Of a DNA stretch of 26,722 nt, positions 25,269-26,722 are shown in pieces. The stretch's first letter is position 1. Every line of letters starts with the position of its first letter. The stretch lies in the IMG/VR virus record IMGVR_UViG_2531839454_000026. The stretch is one strand, 5' to 3'. Source of the DNA: a virus (taxonomy: Duplodnaviria > Heunggongvirae > Uroviricota > Caudoviricetes). The position numbers were made by a program, and so were the translations under genes. The notes below the pieces were generated by a model, which saw only the letters and a program-made list of their open reading frames with translations, was not told the origin of the DNA and made no database searches.

Positions 25269-25363
25269 GTGATAATCTCCCTGTTTGGGGTATTTCTTGC
25301 GACGGATGCCCCAAATCAAACTCATTTGTATAAACATTAATACAGGCGTTGGAGAATTGCAAC
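25269..25363. promoter_or_regulatory. Lysis-lysogeny switch region (face-to-face early and repressor promoters, operators)
   Basis: 95-bp gap between divergent cox-like and C-like genes; inverted repeat TTTGGGG-N18-CCCCAAA. Confidence 0.5.
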
Positions 25364-25666
25364 ATGCGTATGACTATTGGAGAGCGCATAAAAATCATGC
25401 GTGAAAGCGAGAGACTTACTAGCCTCCCGGATACAGCAAAAATGCTTGGTTTAAACCGTGATGCTCTGTGGAGATATGAAAGCGGTAAAACTATCCCTAA
25501 TGCTGAAGTAATTGAGCAAATACTAAACAACCCCAGATTTGAGAAATATGCGTTGTGGTTTATGACTGGGAAAATTGCGCCTGAATCCGGGCAGATAGCT
25601 CCGGCTCTCGCACACTATGGGCAAGAGCCAACGGACTTACCCCCATCCGAAAGGAAAATTGGCTAA
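25364..25666 (+). CDS. C: Immunity repressor C (P2 C-like)
   Basis: 100 aa from ATG 25364 (RBS GGAG); ...KYALWFMTGKIAPESGQIAPALAHYGQ closely resembles the P2 C C-terminus as I recall it; ORF track start 25349 is TTG. Confidence 0.85.
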   Translation: MRMTIGERIKIMRESERLTSLPDTAKMLGLNRDALWRYESGKTIPNAEVIEQILNNPRFEKYALWFMTGKIAPESGQIAPALAHYGQEPTDLPPSERKIG

Positions 25667-25732
25667 CCCTTTATTATTCTTACGTTTTACAAACTGGAAA
25701 TGTCTTTCCTCGTTTCACCGGAGGGCTTGCCA

Positions 25733-26722
25733 ATGGCAATTAAAGCGCTCGATGGTGGACGGTATAAAGTGGATGTTAGACCGCGTGGCCGAAGTGGACG
25801 TCGGATTCAGCGGATTTTTAAGAAAAAGGCAGATGCAGTGGCCTTTGAGCGTTATGTTCTCAGCCACATGCACGATAAGGAATGGCTTGAAAAGCCAACA
25901 GAGCAACGTCATCTCTCAGATCTGCTTCCGTTATGGTGGGAATTGGGGGGACGCAATAAGCCATATGCTAACGGCGTTCTAACCAGGTTGAAAAAAATCA
26001 TCAAAGAAATGAATGATCCAAGGGTTAGCCAGATTAATGCTCGTTTCATGGCCGCTTATCGAAGCTCCCGTTTATCCTTGGGAGTAAAAGAGTCTACTGT
26101 TCGGCGTGATGAGTCGGATCTCGGAGGAATGTTTACACTCCTGGCAAATGCCGGGGAATTTCACGGAGAAAATCCGCTCCGCGCCCTCCCCTCTTTGAAA
26201 CGAAAATCACCCGAAATGACGTATCTCACCACGGAAGAAATCGCCAAATTACTGGATGCAGTAAGCGGTGATGCCCGGCGGATTACGCTACTTTGTCTCA
26301 GTACTGGGGCGAGATGGGGAGAAGCGAAAAATCTGCGCGCGGAACACATCATCAATAATCGCGTGACGTTTAACAAAACTAAAAACGGAAAAGTTCGAAT
26401 TATTCCTGTCTCTGATGAAGTTGTTAGTGAGATCAAAACAAAGAAATCCGGCCTTTTGTTTGACGTCAATTATGAGGAATATCGCAAGGTGCTTCGCAGT
26501 GTTAAGCCAGACCTACCAAAAGGACAGGCTGTACATGTTCTACGCCATACCTTTGCTGCTCACTTTATGATTAATGGAGGAAATATACTTACGCTCCAGC
26601 GAATTATGGGGCACGCTACGATCCAGCAAACTATGACCTATGCGCACCTCGCTCCTGATTTCCTCCAGGATGCAATTTCACTTAATCCGTTAAAAGGAGG
26701 CATCCACATTTCATCCACATAA
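25733..26722 (+). CDS. int: Tyrosine integrase (P2 Int family)
   Basis: MAIKALDGGRYKVDVRP... from ATG 25733 (RBS GGAGGG); catalytic-region motifs LCLSTGARWGEA, HVLRHTFAAHFMINGG, YAHLAP; ORF ends at the last base of the window. Confidence 0.95.
   Translation: MAIKALDGGRYKVDVRPRGRSGRRIQRIFKKKADAVAFERYVLSHMHDKEWLEKPTEQRHLSDLLPLWWELGGRNKPYANGVLTRLKKIIKEMNDPRVSQINARFMAAYRSSRLSLGVKESTVRRDESDLGGMFTLLANAGEFHGENPLRALPSLKRKSPEMTYLTTEEIAKLLDAVSGDARRITLLCLSTGARWGEAKNLRAEHIINNRVTFNKTKNGKVRIIPVSDEVVSEIKTKKSGLLFDVNYEEYRKVLRSVKPDLPKGQAVHVLRHTFAAHFMINGGNILTLQRIMGHATIQQTMTYAHLAPDFLQDAISLNPLKGGIHISST

Larger units (their letters stand above)
1..26722. mobile_element. P2-like prophage, internal portion (late, lysis, packaging, accessory hotspot, replication, early/immunity and integrase regions)
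   Basis: Conserved P2 gene order H-I-J-W-V-S-R-lysis-X-L-M-N-O on one strand, P-Q on the other, gpA-type initiator, C-like repressor, P2-type tyrosine integrase; frequent ATGA start/stop overlaps. Confidence 0.9.

Noticed and set aside
1-26722. CRISPR array, rRNA, tRNA or insertion sequence
   Set aside because: No regularly spaced short direct repeats, no transposase-like ORF with terminal inverted repeats, and no recognisable RNA gene; the only repeats are the tail-fibre inverted repeat, the intragenic H repeat, the TTGTGC triplet and the palindromic repeats near parM.

Overview
The whole 26.7-kb window lies inside a P2-like (Peduovirus-type) temperate prophage of an enterobacterium; both prophage ends are outside the window. 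Left to right: (1) a tail-fibre host-range module that looks invertible: an alternative fibre C-terminus and its chaperone on the + strand, H and G on the - strand, bounded by a perfect inverted repeat of at least 171 bp that ends in hix/gix-like 26-bp sites; (2) the P2 late genes I-J-W-V-S-R, a lysis cassette (overlapping spanins, an M15-peptidase-type endolysin, holin), X, L, M, N, O on the - strand; (3) terminase ATPase P and portal Q on the + strand; (4) the cos-proximal accessory hotspot; (5) replication initiator A and the early operon on the - strand; (6) C repressor and a P2-type integrase on the + strand at the right edge. Accessory content of interest: (i) an AT-rich, translationally coupled two-gene cassette (399-aa ABC-type ATPase + 174-aa TOPRIM-like protein) with its own promoter and terminator, sitting where P2 carries old/tin; this is my strongest candidate for an uncharacterised anti-phage system; (ii) a complete ParM/ParR actin-type partition module immediately downstream of A, preceded by two 40-bp repeats with palindromic cores; (iii) an SPFH/band-7 lipoprotein coupled to a small membrane protein in the early operon. 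No rRNA, tRNA, CRISPR array or transposase gene was recognised. All homology statements are from reading the translated ORFs and from memory of the protein families; no database search was run.
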